64,000 bases of DNA, taken from Octopus sinensis. Taxonomy: Eukaryota. The notes under the pieces were generated by a model that was not told the origin of the DNA, searched no databases, and saw only the letters and a list, made by a program, of their open reading frames with translations. The position numbers and the translations under genes are program-made. Below are positions 1-14,465 of the stretch, piece by piece (position 1 is the first letter of the stretch; each line of letters opens with the position of its first letter). The stretch is from assembly GCF_006345805.1 (NCBI RefSeq), contig NC_043009.1, positions 29,822,001 through 29,886,000 of the forward strand, written 5' to 3'.

Positions 1-129
1 CAATCTATCCGCCCTTTCTCTCTATATGTATATATATATATATATATCATTCAGTATATGTGTGTGTGCTCGTGCGTGCGTGTGTGTAAGTATATGTATC
101 GATAGCACATCAATGAACTTGTCACTTCT

Positions 130-610
130 CATATGCGATGCTTGCGTACTCCAACATAAAACTGAGGGACCATATTCATAACAGTGTGCTACAAACGAAA
201 AGCAACATATCAGGTATTGAAGCCATCCGCATCAAAATACAGCTTAGATTGTCAGGTCATCTCTCACGTATGAGTGATATCAGAATTCCGAAGCAACTTA
301 TCTTTGGACAATTCCCAGCAGGAAGCTCAGTTGAAAGGTGCTTCAAAGACAAATTAATTACAATCTAAAGCGATGCAACATTCTATTTTCTTGCTGCTAA
401 AACAAAATATCAGAACACAGGACCTGGCATTTGCCCTGTATCTCCTCATTTCAAAGATTTGAGTAAAGTCGACTACATAATCAAGACAAATTTCGTGCAA
501 GCATGAAGACACGATGGCAAACCACTGGTCCTCCAAATTGAAACCTTACCTGTCGTTGTGGTTGTTTTTGGCACGAACCAAAGCAGGCCTTGGCGTCCAC
601 TCAAGAAAAC
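130..610 (+). mobile_element. RTE-clade LINE, 5'-truncated 3' fragment (decayed ORF2 C-terminus)
   Basis: ORF 138..368 reads ...SNISGIEAIRIKIQLRLSGHLSRMSDIRIPKQLIFGQFPAG, matching the RTE C-terminal pattern (QLRWxGHVxRM..RIPKQxxxG). Downstream ARTKAGLGVHSR resembles the terminal His-containing motif. Stops and frameshifts are present. Confidence 0.85.
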
Positions 611-793
611 ACATAGTAAATTATCCACAAGCACTCGAGAAGCCTGAGTTCTCAAATTGTTCCATTTTCCAAAAGGTTTGCAATGAACCAGATGCCTCAA
701 GCGACACATTTGTGTCTATAGAACATGATTACTGCTTTATTTTACTGAACCCCCATTTGTCGTTAACGACGAGAGAATCCATCATATATATAT

Positions 794-841
<48 letters not shown>

Positions 842-3800
842 ACTGTATATCAGAACACAACTTTGAGCTGAAACACTGCTGTTCATGCACCAATACAATA
901 TAAGTCAATAACTGCACAGCCACTAAGATTTTTAACTTCAACGGTCACAGTTATTTCCTTATCCATAGGTTCAAAGAGATTTTGCCTGCTTTGTGAGTTT
1001 ATAATCTTATTGTTACTGCTTCCTCCCAAATCAGCCTAATCGAGAAAACTTGTTACGAAAACCATTGCAGTAATAACCATTCGATTTTATTGTATATTTA
1101 TAAATTGTATATTTGAGACAATATATTTTACAATGCACCCTTCTATTTAAGTTTTTAGTGAGTGGGTTTTAGAGGGATTTGGCTGCTAGTTCAGATAGAT
1201 TGAGCAATCACATACTTGGTTTCCCCGTTCATACGATGATTGAATTATACTGTATAACATGGTACATTAAATAGCAAATGTCTCCATTGAACCAATGAAT
1301 CATAAAATGATGTTAAACAACGGCAACATCAAAAATGAGACGGAAATGTGTGGCTAGACCTACAGTTTAATGTCATTAAGTAGATTATAAGGCATTAACC
1401 TGGATACGATGCCAGTCGTTTTCAAGTCTTAGAAAATCTCATTTTTTCTTGCAGCAGTTTGTGAAATCTGGCATGTAGAATTAAGTGAGCAGTCAATGGA
1501 GACGTCAAAATGTCTACTACAGTTTTCTAATGATATTTTATCATCTTTATGAATATTACTCCATTCACTTCAATATAGAAATCTAAGAGACTGAACATTG
1601 CTAAAGGTGGTCTCTCGGTAAATATAATAAAATAAACTATTCAACCTTTTACCATTATGTAAATGAGGAATAATGTCAGTTATAAGAATAGTTTGCATTT
1701 GGTAAGAAGCCTTCTTCTACAATCAATGGCAGTTTCAAAATGAGAATAAATGTCGCATTTTAAAGCAGAATATATCCACAAACAGTTGAGCAACTCCTGA
1801 ATTGATAAATCTTTATATCTCCTGGTGGTTCTCTTCCCATCCCAAATTTTCGGAAATACCTCTCAGGCGCTTAATTCCGCACCAACACAATATATGATTG
1901 GTTATGTATATGTATCTAGCTTTCATTCTGTACATGGTGCTATCAAAATTGCTGCAAGCATAAGATTAGGATGAGCAACGTCGAAATCTCATCGAAGATG
2001 GAGGTCCAAGAATATGTTCAATGCCCTGCATTATTGCTGCTATTGTTACTGTGTACTGAGGTGGTGTTGGTTGTTTTTGTTATTACTGTTTAGCATCAGA
2101 TCGGCCCTCGTTAAATAGCACCTATAGATCAAAGATAATCCTAATCTAACATTTCCAGCATTTATTCAAGAATAATTTACCTACGATTATATTGTGCATT
2201 GTCATCGGCTTTTGTTTTCACAGGAATTCACCTCCGATTTAAAGAAAATCTGTTTGCTATATTTAACATTATATACAACTACACCGAGCTTCCTTTCTTG
2301 TCCCGATAACGATACCAGTAATTCTACCATGTGAATGATACAAATGTCACAACTTCACACATTCATTCTCTACTTCATTGGATTTCATTGAATTATTATG
2401 CTGTCCTACTTTCTTTCATACAATCCGCATTCGCCTGATGAATATGGCGTTCCATTGGCTGACATTTCTTTGTAACTAAAAGTTCTCGTTAGCCTAATGT
2501 GATGACTATTTATCTATCTAGCTATCTGTCTGTTTGCCTATATACATATTTCAATCGCGCGCGCACACACACACAGAATATGAGCTTGAAACAGCGTGCG
2601 TGTATGTTAAATTAATTCCATCATGGTAAGTTTCGGCACATACCACCAAATATATCTTTTGCTGTTTTCTATATGTAGGAACAGAATTATCAACTCAACT
2701 ACACATGACTCAGGATTATCAACCAATGAAAAGGCGAAATCCCGCCGAAACATTTTGTCTAGTGTTCCCCTGATGTCACTTGGAACATACGCTCTCATAT
2801 TATGCACAAAAATCTATTGAAAAGAAATTTTCCTCTATGACAAAATCCCAATGTGAATACCCCTCAAGTTCTAATGTACAAAACTGTGTGAAAAATAAAT
2901 TTACATATTATATTACTATTCATATTTATATCTTTATATATATATATATAAATATACATGCGTATGCATGTATATATGTATGGATATATTTCTAGGCGAA
3001 AGCTCTGCCACTGCAGTCAAATAATTACCGAGGTCATTTTAATCACATTTAATTGTTTTCAGTCTTTCCTCGAAAATTAAAATCTGTTTTCGTAATTTAC
3101 GCTATCTGTTAGCATGTGGAATTTCTTACAGTTATGCGACCCAGTTCTACATACGTTTTAACGTAAAACTTACAAAAAAATACTATGAAATAAAGCTAGC
3201 TGTCACTCAGGAGAAAGTAAGGATTGATAGCTAGTAAACTAGGTTCGATAATTATTTAAGTGTATATTCTATTGCGAAAATTCATAGGCCCTTTGGTCTT
3301 CTCATCCTTGAACCAATGACATAGGGTAGGTGAGAATAGTGACTGGTATTTGACTGGTATTCGTTAGAGAATAGTTAATTGGTCGAACGTAATATAAAAT
3401 AAATTACTGATATACAATCTTATCACTCTGACCAGGAAGATGAACCTCTGGTCTTTGAAGAAACGCCAAACATTATAACCTCTAGGCCACAGAACGTCCC
3501 TACTATATTATTTATAGGTGGGTTAAAATGGTAGAGAGGAAAAGCTGGCGTAGCCTCAATCATAAGTGGGAGTTATTATATCTATAACGGTGGTCTTTCA
3601 TTTGTCAAGTATGTTCTTTCCTCGAAATGGATTTTAAAACAGAACTTTATATAAAAGTGCGTAACTATCTTCAGCTGCATTAAGATTTCAGGAATTGTTG
3701 TCGTGTGTTTTCCTTTTATTTTTTTACAACGTAATTTGATCAGCTGTGGTATAAATACCTTTTCCTGGTAGCTAAGTGTCAACACGTTGCGACAGTATAT

Positions 3801-6800
3801 AATCTGTAGTGCTTCAACTGAACCATGTTAAGTACTAAGATCATATATACCATAATCTCGAGGATAAAAACGATAATTTCAAAGACTAGGAAAGCAAACG
3901 GAAGGAAACGTCTTTTAGGAAGTTGAATATGAAAATTCTATATTTTTAGCTAAATATTTACTTATATCGAGGCTCTATCATTAAATATATTACGAAAAGT
4001 TTTCTTTGGGGAGCCTACATTAAATGTGAACTACATATATTTAACTACGCTATTTCATATCAATTCAAATATAGACATTTATTTTAAATAGCGGTTCTCA
4101 GAATTACCATCTTATACAATGTTTTCTACACCCTGCTTCAATACTAGTAGTAAGCGACTAGCAAATACCATTCGTTGCATAGGAAATATTGCAAACTATT
4201 TTTGCTGAATTATCTAGAAACATATTCAGTGATATGTTGTGTAATTTGAAAACTTTCAACTCTCAAGTTTAAACCATTTAAAGAAATCCAGAGAACCAGT
4301 GAAGCGAAAGAACAATTTAGTTGCCCGAAACCATGTATTTCAAGACTGTGCAATCATAGTGCTGCTGTATTATTTGAGAGGCATGACTTAAGTGTATAGT
4401 AAACCAGTGTTTGAGATATAGTTCAAATGTGTAATAGTGAAGGACGTATACATATGTCTGACCTTATCTGATCTTGGCAATTTACAGAATCTAACGTTAC
4501 ACACTGTGTCAATAGTTGAAAGAAATATAAATCTGATCATAATTACAGGATTTAATTGGGTGGCCGATGAGAAGAGGGATAACTAAAGATAGTTTTATGG
4601 GATGTTGTTGTTAATTCCCATGATATCAATCAATTCGTCCGTCTATACATTCACATCCATGAATCTTGTCAATTAATTTTTCACTGTGGCTAGTTATAAA
4701 TATTTTTACTGTTTTAGTTTCATCTATTTTGAAATGTTTGCCTTAGATTAATATTTAGTTTACATCAATCAAATCGCAATGAAAACACGTTCTCTGAAGA
4801 TATTACAAAATCTGATCATCTGACTGAAAGCATAGAATTTATTGACTCGTATATCTCACTTTCTCACTTTCTACATCACATCTCTCTCTCTCTCTCCCTT
4901 TCCTTATCTCTCTCATTCTACCTCTCTCCGTCGTCACTGGATTTATTTTCAGCAAACGTTCCTGTATATTAATGGTAGATTTTCTCTTTCACTTGATATA
5001 ACAGGGACATTTTAATACTCAATTTACAACTTGATACCCGTCCTGCTTCCAACTTCGTTTTTATAGAGCTGAGACCGTCTTCCATTTACCGTCATTTTAT
5101 TGCATACAAAAGTAGTAGATTTGCTTCTCTGAACCAGTAAAGCATGAATTTGTTGATGCTTATAATCTCTAACTAATAATCTGAAGGGATTCTTATGTGG
5201 TAACTATAATTAATGGCTTCACTCTGATGTCACAAAAGCTAGTCATTGGATGGTAAATAGAGTTTCTGTCACAAATTGGAAACAGCTCTGTGTGAATATA
5301 TGTGTTGTATGTGTGCAGGTGTGTATAGATTTATGAGCACATATGTAACTTTACGCGTCTGCGTTTGTGAAAAATGACCTCATAAATAACATATGTATGT
5401 CATGAATATGTGACTGTATTTGGTGCGTGTAATATGCTTGCTATAATATCAGTTCTTATGTGTAAGTAACTATGTTCGGATTAATATATCATAATTTGTA
5501 TACTTGTATCACTCTGAGGTTCAAAATATTAATACAAACCGCAAACTAACATACTGCTATATATATATGTGTGTATTATGTGTTGTATATGCATTTATGT
5601 GTATGTCATACGCAAACAACTCATGTATATAAATACATTTGCTTAGTTGTACAAGTGTGTGTAATAGATATTTATGTGCGTGATTGGTCTGCATCCATGT
5701 TTGCGTGTTCATGCCTCTCATGTAAATGTGTATAACTCTCACACACACATACACACACACGCGGTCACGCACGCACACAATATATGTGTGTTTGTGTGTG
5801 TGTTTGTGTGTAGATCATCGTGGAAGTTGGAATGGTGGTTATAATCGTTAGTGAGTGGTCAGAACGTGATGAAGTGATGAAGTACTGATATATAGACGAG
5901 TTGAGTGGTATAGAGTTACTTAGTATAACAGAAGTGTATTGAGATACGTAAGGTGCGTCATAAAAGCCACGTGGGTGGCGCAATGAGATCGAATAAATCC
6001 CATCAATTGACTACAAGTTAAAAACACGTTGCTGCATTCTACTATATTCACGACGAATGGTGTGGAAGACGGCTATGAATATTAAGAAATATCTGATGAT
6101 ATCTGCATTATAGAGTGGAAGGTATTTAAAGAATTACTTTCACTAATGAATATAAAATAATAGCACAGGATTTTAAAACTTTCACTCATTTAGTTCTTCA
6201 TGTCCGGTTCTGCGGTGCTGGTCATGATCCCTTGCGTTCTAATTTCTTAGACCGTTGACGTAGCGCGTCCTCGTTATAATAGTTTCAAGTGATCCTTGGG
6301 TACATTTAGGGAGATTCACTTATTTGTTAACATTAGATCCATGTCGCCGGTTCCAATACATATTTCTCCAGTTCTTCCAAAAGTGTCGGTAGCTACGAAA
6401 GGCTTTAAGGTGTTGGGTGCAAACATACCCTCCCTGAACAATCCGTAAAGCAACAAACAAAAATAATGCATGGTGAGACCTTATCCTTTCTAAACTATTC
6501 AATAATTATCTCTAAAAGAATCTATTCTTATCTGTATTATTGCGTAATCGTATGCACCATGAGCAACTCTCCCTTGAAAAGCGAGCTGCCCTAGATAGAG
6601 TAAACTTTGAAGCAGATTTGGCTTCTATTTATAAAAGGTCATTGTTGAGTTAAGACTTCTAGACCGGACAAGTTATTTAATATACGACAAGAACAACAGA
6701 ATAAATATAATTTCAAATTTATTTTATGGTAACAACAACGATCCGTCTTCCAGCCTTACATTTCAAAGTTGAATTCACAAAACTTTTTCGCGCCTGAGCA

Positions 6801-9440
6801 AAATAACTCACGTCATCATTTATATCCTCCCTCCTGGAATACTTTTGAAACGTCTGCTGCTACTCCACTCCTATATCGATCAACGTGAAACATTAGTTCC
6901 ACCCTTCAACGACAAACTTTAACCAAATACATTATTCTTCGCCTTTCCTCTAACCCAACCGAACAGTATATACAAGGCAATACCTCTTTAAATATCATAC
7001 AGCCGTATCACACACAGAGAATATGATACACTTGGAGTTATATTTAGCACTTCTGCTGTATGCACACTATTTAGCTGATTATATGTGAGTTTTGACAGGA
7101 CGATCCTGGGACTAAAAGACAACAACAAACAACGCCTTTGCAGACTTACAGAAATTGACGGACAGCTGAGTGTGTTCAATTCGTCAAGAGTTTAACGCTG
7201 CTTCCATACGATTAAGTACAGCATGCTGGAATATAAATTATTACTGTTACTGAATTGGAAACAAGATGTTACGTATAAAGTATATATTGCACTTGAACAT
7301 TTGACCGATTGCCGTGTGATAGGAATTTGCTACAAGGATTTTCTGAAACAGCTGAAACAAGAACATGAACAAAACACTCACATCAAAAGTGGTATACACC
7401 ATCTTGGATTCTTCTCACTTCTCAGCGACGTTTTCTATATTGTTAAGTTTGTGCCCAGTAAAACCTTCGACTGCCATGTCTGGCATTAGAAGCCGCTGTT
7501 TAAATAAACGAAAATGCATTATTTATTATATGTTGAACCAATATCTTCGTCTCTGACCAATCTAATGTGCTGAATACCTACCGACACGAGTGCTTCTCAA
7601 GAGACATTAGATCTGCTCTGCTATTTAGCAATGTTTAGTTACATCCCCCACGTAATTAATCCTTGCTGTATGTAGTAACAAACGCTATCTCTCATCTGTT
7701 AGCGTGCACTCTCCAAATAAGATATCATCCTTCATTTCTCAATCTTAAATACATAGATATCATTCACTCATACAGTTGATAATTTACACCAGACTTGCAC
7801 AGCTTCCATTAATGGAGACGTGAAAAACCATCCATAAATGGAAACATGACAATGTAATTTCTTTTAACAGTAAAATACACACAATAATTATGCATATCAA
7901 GGAAATAGTTTTGTACTTAAACCCCTCTGGTCGTAAACAGCAAACAACTAAAGACTTCAAAGACACCATACACCATAGAACTTACAATTTCTGTTGATCT
8001 CTCATAATGACCTCACATATTTCAATTAATTCATTTATCAACCGATCACGAATACTCTGGGGTAAATTAAATTCTATTAACAATAACCTAGTGTGTTTAA
8101 ACTGTGGAATAAAGAAAGCATTTTGAGTTACGTGAAAAAGAAAAACATAGCATTTCGGATGAGATTAAAGTAATATTATGAACAACGTTTATTGTGTTTT
8201 TCTTTTTAGTATTTTAATTTACATTAGTTTTATAGCAGATACGTAGTTACGTTAATGTTTATCACAAGCTAATACTGGTAAAAAATATATTTAACATAAC
8301 AGTACAACAAAGCAATCCCAATAACACGTTTTATATTGAAGCTTAATTTAAGGTATTCTATGATAAAAACTAGAAAAGAATATTCCTATATTTATAACTT
8401 TTAAAGTCTTCGTAATTTTCTATAATCTAGAAACTGTATATGACTGATAAATAGTCATTGAGCGTTTACGATTGGGAAACATAATTTTAAATGTCAAACT
8501 GTCTCTGAACTGTGTTTTGGTCTTTTGTTTCGGTCTTGGAATAAAATTTAACCAGAGGGATTTTTTTCCTCATATCAAGAATCTATGGAATTATAATGCG
8601 TCGCTGAATGTCATGCTATTCCTTTGTGACTATTTATATGTGGGAATGTGTCTTGCAGGATTATTTTAGAACCAGACATGAATTTATTCCGTATGATTGT
8701 AAAAGGTTGACCTCATAGTTGATAGCAGTATTGATCTGGAAACTTCCATTGAAGCAAATTACAAAAATTTAAATCTTAGATTAGGATACATATAATTACA
8801 AAATTGTTTTTCTTGGGCAGTGAACACAATACCCCGAATGGTGTGCTTCAATATCATCAATACTCTCACCTCCCAAATCAGACAGAATAGCTAGAAACGC
8901 ACTCCTCCAAATACTTCATCTACTACAACTTGTAGCACTCTATAAGTTTCAAGTAAATTTGAACTCAGAACGTAAATGCAGACGAAATACCGCTAAGCAA
9001 TTCTCCCCGTGTGCTAACGTTTGTGCCAGCTCACCGCTCTTCACTATGGTATAATGCTTCAAAACCTAAGACGATGCTACTGCTACACATCCTGACATAT
9101 TGGATCACATTCATTGACAAGCTTCACGGCTGATGGGTACTCAGTTACTAAAATGAACACACCACCATCTGGTTACCAAGCATGCTTTTTCCTCACCCTG
9201 ATTTTTTTCTATTGCTACTATATGGGCAACCCATAAATAATGCGTTGTTTTTATACTCTTATTTTTCGAAATTAAGATAAAGAAAGTTATTTTTTAATCC
9301 AAAATAAACTCTCTTTGCTCTTCTATCTGTCTGGTACACTTGCAAGGTCCCTCTTCTAAAATTCTCTTGTCAGTGACGAAAAATACTCCTTCAGTACAGT
9401 TCTGACCCCGGCTACGAAATTCATATTTCTTCCGTCCAAA

Positions 9441-9473
<33 letters not shown>

Positions 9474-9489
9474 GTGTCTGTGTGTCTGT

Positions 9490-9700
9490 GTCTGTGTCTG
9501 TGTTTGTCCCCAACATTGCTTGACAACCGATGCTGGTGTCTTTATGTCCCCGTAACCTAGCGGTTCTGCAAAAGTGACCGATAGAATAAGTACTAGGCTT
9601 ACAAAGAATAAGTCCTGGCGTCGATTTGCTCGATTAAAGGCGGTGCTCCAGCATGACCGCAGACAAATGACTGACAGAAGTAAAATAGTAAAAGAGTATT
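9490..9700 (+). mobile_element. SINE family A, 3' half
   Basis: Clear similarity to the 3' halves of copies 41797-42240 and 57378-57785 (gcttgacaaccgatgctggtg...aataagtactaggcttacaaagaataagtcc...ggcggtgctccagcatg...). Preceded by (TG)n. Confidence 0.85.
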
Positions 9701-10962
9701 CTTCTACGGATAGCGTGAAGGTCACTAATTTCCTACAACTTGATCCTTAGGTCTTACCTGTACACATATATAAATATACGCCTAGCATTTTTGTATGCTA
9801 GGTTACTGATTTTAAATTGATATTAATTAAATTAATATTCAATTTATCTCCCTCATTATTTAAATGTTTATATATAAATATACATAGGTGAGTATGCATG
9901 AGTAGGTATATGTGTATGTATGTATGTATCTATGTATGTATGCATGTATGTATGTATGTTTGTATGCATATATATATATATATATACATACATACACACA
10001 CATGCACACACACACACATATATGCTAGGTCGTGATAGGGCATTAGGGCATTAAGTTAGTGTATTTTCAGAAACTCACTCAACCCGCCATCTAGGCAATC
10101 AACACTCTCGGATTCCTGACAAATGCAAAAATTCATTAAATGAAGAAAATCCTGAATTCACGACGGTAAAATGTTGTATTGGTGTAAGAGTAAAGTTTAA
10201 ATCCAAATAATAAAACAAGAAATTCTTTAAGACGTCTTTAATGATTCTTTACAATTGTTTCTGTACCAAATCTTCTTACAACGCCACTTTGCTCAATATT
10301 GAAAATGAAAATTTACGTAATATTTGCGGTATTAGACATTTGAATGGCACCTCGTCGGGCTTGCATCAAAGGTACGCTTTTATACTGCGTAAACTGGCGT
10401 TGCAATCATAGTTCATACAGAAACGATTATAACGAATCATTACGTACACACACACATACACAATCACATATAATTCTTTAAAAATTATACTAATGAGAGC
10501 CACTCGGAAGTTTCGGTCAAGTAAGCCACCATTGGATTGTGGAAGATTTTGATTTGATCTTGGCTCATTATAGTCTCTATTATGTCAAACTTTTCTAGAG
10601 TAAGTTATGTTGACTGCTAATAATCTGAATGGTAGGTTGTGAGGGAGAACGGTAACAGAGAATTTTCATTGATGAAACTTGAAGTTGTTCAGAAATCATT
10701 CCTGCATATAACTCAGGTTACTCCCAAAAATTGAATTGAACGGAGACTATATAAAGCCATGATGAACTCAAACCCAATGCGATGAAAGTTTAGTTGGTCG
10801 AAGATTCGAAGTCCGTGTCCATAATATTCTTGTTGAAGAATGAAAATTTTGAACTCCAGCAATAGTGTTGGGTAATCCTTCTGTTTACTGCAAAAGTGTT
10901 TCATGTATGGGATACACGAATATATACAATATATACCAATATATACATTTATACATACATAC

Positions 10963-11029
<67 letters not shown>

Positions 11030-11100
11030 ATTTAGATTCAGATGAATATGGTACTTAAGTTGAAGGCACCAAAATTTGGTATGGTTATTATCCATATAAC

Positions 11101-11257
11101 TCAAAATAAGCAACAGGGATATCCAAGGTAGTGTAGTACAATCGTTTCATGCTACTTCATTTTATTAAACACTGTAAGTATTACATCAGTTTCAATAAAA
11201 TGAAGTAGCATGAAACGATTGTACTACATTACCTTGAACCCTTGTTGCTTATTTTGA
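11101..11257. mobile_element. 157-bp near-perfect palindrome, probably a fold-back MITE
   Basis: 11132-11166 is the exact 35-nt reverse complement of 11194-11228. Outer arms tcaaaataagcaaca / tgttgcttattttga also pair. Embedded in TA-rich flanks. Confidence 0.7.
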
Positions 11258-11288
11258 TTATATATATATATACCATTATAAATATATA

Positions 11289-11363
<75 letters not shown>

Positions 11364-11600
11364 ATGTACATACAAGCAAATAAACGTATGTATCAATAAA
11401 GGCATGAATATATACATATGCATTTATACATGCATATATATATGCATGTGTTTGTGCTTGTGTGTGTTTGTGTGCATGTATGTGTATGTGTGCCTGTATG
11501 TCTGTGTGTGCGCATGGAAACAGATGATCATAACTTATATCTTGGACAAACCTAAGAAATATCAGCTTTACAGCTTTACTAATATAGATGTTGGCTTTTC

Positions 11601-11669
<69 letters not shown>

Positions 11670-12114
11670 ATGTATGTATTTATGAACGTTCTATTTTATT
11701 TCAAATAAAACCGGAAATAGACAATTGGCAGCACATTATCATTTTACCGAAGAAATAATGGCGAAGGAAATTCATAAATTGAAAGGATATTTCATAAATT
11801 GTTAATCTGTCTCTTGTTTCAATTTTCTTTCACTTAACACGGAATTCTTTCTCACTGTCACTAATCTGGTGCTGCTTATATGACAACGACAGCGAGTATT
11901 ACTACTAATACAACTACTACTACTACTAGTTACGATGGTGATGATAATAATTACTACTGCATCAATAAAAGACACACTCACCTAGTTACACATAATGGAA
12001 TAAGTACGACATTTTAACGCTATATACTTATGTATGTATGTGTGTCTGTGTATGCTCATTCACATAAAGAACTGATACAGTAATGTATATATTAAACATA
12101 TTATACGCATACAT

Positions 12115-12180
<66 letters not shown>

Positions 12181-12868
12181 TATATATATATATATACACC
12201 TGTGTGTGTGTGTGTGCGTATGTGTATCCTCCCACCGTTTATATTTTCTTTCTTTTTTGCTCTCTCCCATTTTTTCAAAGAAGTAAAAACAATGTTAATA
12301 ACGTGATACTCATCTCTATAATTGATCAGATATATATATAATATTGGGATTTTGAGAACAGTTGTTCTTACAGAACTTACATATACCTGAAAAAGAATAC
12401 TAGAACCATTTTACCACTGATTAAGAAAGATCTTATATTACAACTTGGCAACGCAATTCGTGATTTTGACTTTATTTTCCTAATTTGGGAATATCGCACT
12501 AATATTTAATGTTTGTTTATGCAGAACATAGAATTTCACAGACTATGGGACTTGGCTTGGCTAGATGAATATACATTTTCATAGGACTTTTGAACTTCTT
12601 GCAGAAGTGATTGCTGTTAGGTACATCATCTCATGATAGCCAGAAAGAAAGTTAGAAATGGGAGTTAATGCAGCTATCATTTTATGCATCTCCTTTTGTA
12701 CAAGTGCTTGTGTGTGCATGTTTATTACTCGTATGACTGTATCTTCTTTTACTCACATATACGCATATATACGTAAGTTTCTATAAATACATATATGTAA
12801 AATTGGCATAAATATGTCTATCTAACTATCTATCTATATCTATATCTTTATCTATCAATCTGTCTATC

Positions 12869-12903
<35 letters not shown>

Positions 12904-13030
12904 TTGAAAGTCTACGAGGTTTATATATATATTTATCTTATATTTAATCTTTCTATTATATGTAATTTTCTAGATGGTGTAATTTAATTTTTCATTTTGA
13001 ATTGATAAAAGTTGGTTTTATCCATATATA

Positions 13031-13232
13031 CAGGTGCAAGCGTGGTCGTGTGGTAAGTAGCTTGCTTACCAACCACATAGTTCCGGATTCAGTCCTACTG
13101 CCCGGCAACATGGGCAAGTGACTTCTACTATAGCCTCGGGCCGACCAAAGCCTTGTGAGTGGATTTGTTAGGTGTGTGTGTGTTTGACCACCAACCCACC
13201 TTCGCTTGACAACCAATACTGGCGTGTCTACG
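13031..13232 (+). mobile_element. SINE family A, tRNA-like head with internal deletion and 3' truncation
   Basis: A-box-like gtggtcgtgtggtaag, B-box-like ggattcagtcct, then tgggcaagtgacttctactatagcctcgggccgaccaaagccttgtgagtggattt shared with 57378-57785. Confidence 0.85.
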
Positions 13233-13254
13233 AATACTTACATATTATATGTAT

Positions 13255-13258
13255 ATGG

Positions 13259-13309
<51 letters not shown>

Positions 13310-13382
13310 AAGAAAGAAAGAAAGAAGAAAGAAGAAAGAAAGAAAGAAAGAAAGAAAGAAGAAAGAAAGAAAGAAAGAAAGA
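13255..13382. repeat. Compound (TA)n-(GA)n-(GAAA)n microsatellite
   Basis: Read directly from the sequence. The purine-only tract is about 100 nt. Confidence 0.95.
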
Positions 13383-13704
13383 GTGATAGACATAGCGGGA
13401 GAAGAGCAGTTAAAATTTTATCTCCATGCGTGTTGAATGATCAATGTTTAAATAAAAGGTCGACAATTCTCCTTGATACGAAATTATGTAAGGCGGGATA
13501 GATGAATTAAGTTTAGCTTAAGATTAGCGTTGTTAATATAGGACTAGTTTCATGTTGAATTTACAAACTAAATAAAGCAAATTCAAAAAATTAATTTTAT
13601 TTAAATTTAGTACATACAACATTATCCAGCTATATATTCCATATTTTGTGGGAAAAAAATATATAACTTTCAAATATATTTACCTTCATTCAACCACCCT
13701 TCGA

Positions 13705-14135
13705 AACTTGGGCAAGTGACTCTAACCATATTCCCGTTGTTGAACAGCAATTTGTGTATCGAACTTTGTTCTCGGACACTGTGCAGAAATTTGCCACGTA
13801 TATATATATACATAGACACACAGAAGCACGCACACACGCATACATTTTCATATGTGTGTGTGTGTGCATGTGTGTGTGCATGTGTGTGTGAGTGTGTATA
13901 TGTTTATTTGTGTATCTGTGTTTGTCCCCCCACCTTCGATTGATAAACGATGTCGGTGTGTTTGCGTTCCTGTAAAATAGCGGTTCGGCAAAGAAGAAAC
14001 TGATAAAATAAGTTCGGCAAAAAGAGATTGATACAATAAGTACAAAGAATGGGTCCTCTAGTCGACTTTTTCGACTAAATGTGGTGCTCCATCATGGCCG
14101 CAGTCAAATGAATGAAACATGTAAAAGAATAAAAG
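13705..14135 (+). mobile_element. SINE family A, diverged 5'-truncated copy with expanded internal microsatellite
   Basis: ttgggcaagtgactcta...gccacgtatata aligns with the family-A mid region. It is followed by TA/CA/TG repeats and a recognisable 3' half (13910-14135). Confidence 0.75.
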
Positions 14136-14422
14136 AACACACTCATACACACACACACGCACAGACACACACACACATATATATATATAATTTTTTCAAT
14201 CTACAGAGAAACTAAATATTTAACCCTGTTTACATAGATACTATATAGGTTACGTATTTTCTATCATACCTTGGTACTGCCTGAAGGCAGATCCCCGTTG
14301 ACAGGAACCTGGTGTTGAATAAAGTGTTAATGCCTATGATATGCAAGTTTTCTGAAGCTAATCTTTTACTGAGTGTACATATAGGATGCTTGTTTCTCAG
14401 GGATCGGTCAAATTTATGCGAA

Positions 14423-14465
14423 GCCTCTGATGAGAATCCAATATGAGTCGAAAATCGGTTAATGT
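14423..14465 (+). ncRNA. Candidate minimal type-I hammerhead ribozyme motif
   Basis: CTGATGA (14427-14433), stem II GAATC/GAGTC (4 of 5 pairs), GAAA (14450-14453), near-palindromic AATCGGTT, UA cleavage site at 14460-14461. Helix I is imperfect. Confidence 0.35.

Noticed and set aside
6310-6480. Minus-strand MHYFCLLL...IGTGDMDLMLTNK as an exon
   Set aside because: No recognisable homology and only a weak donor.
8705-8800. DLIVDSS...RLGYI as a CR1/L2 reverse-transcriptase remnant
   Set aside because: The similarity is short and weak and does not extend into the expected downstream motifs.
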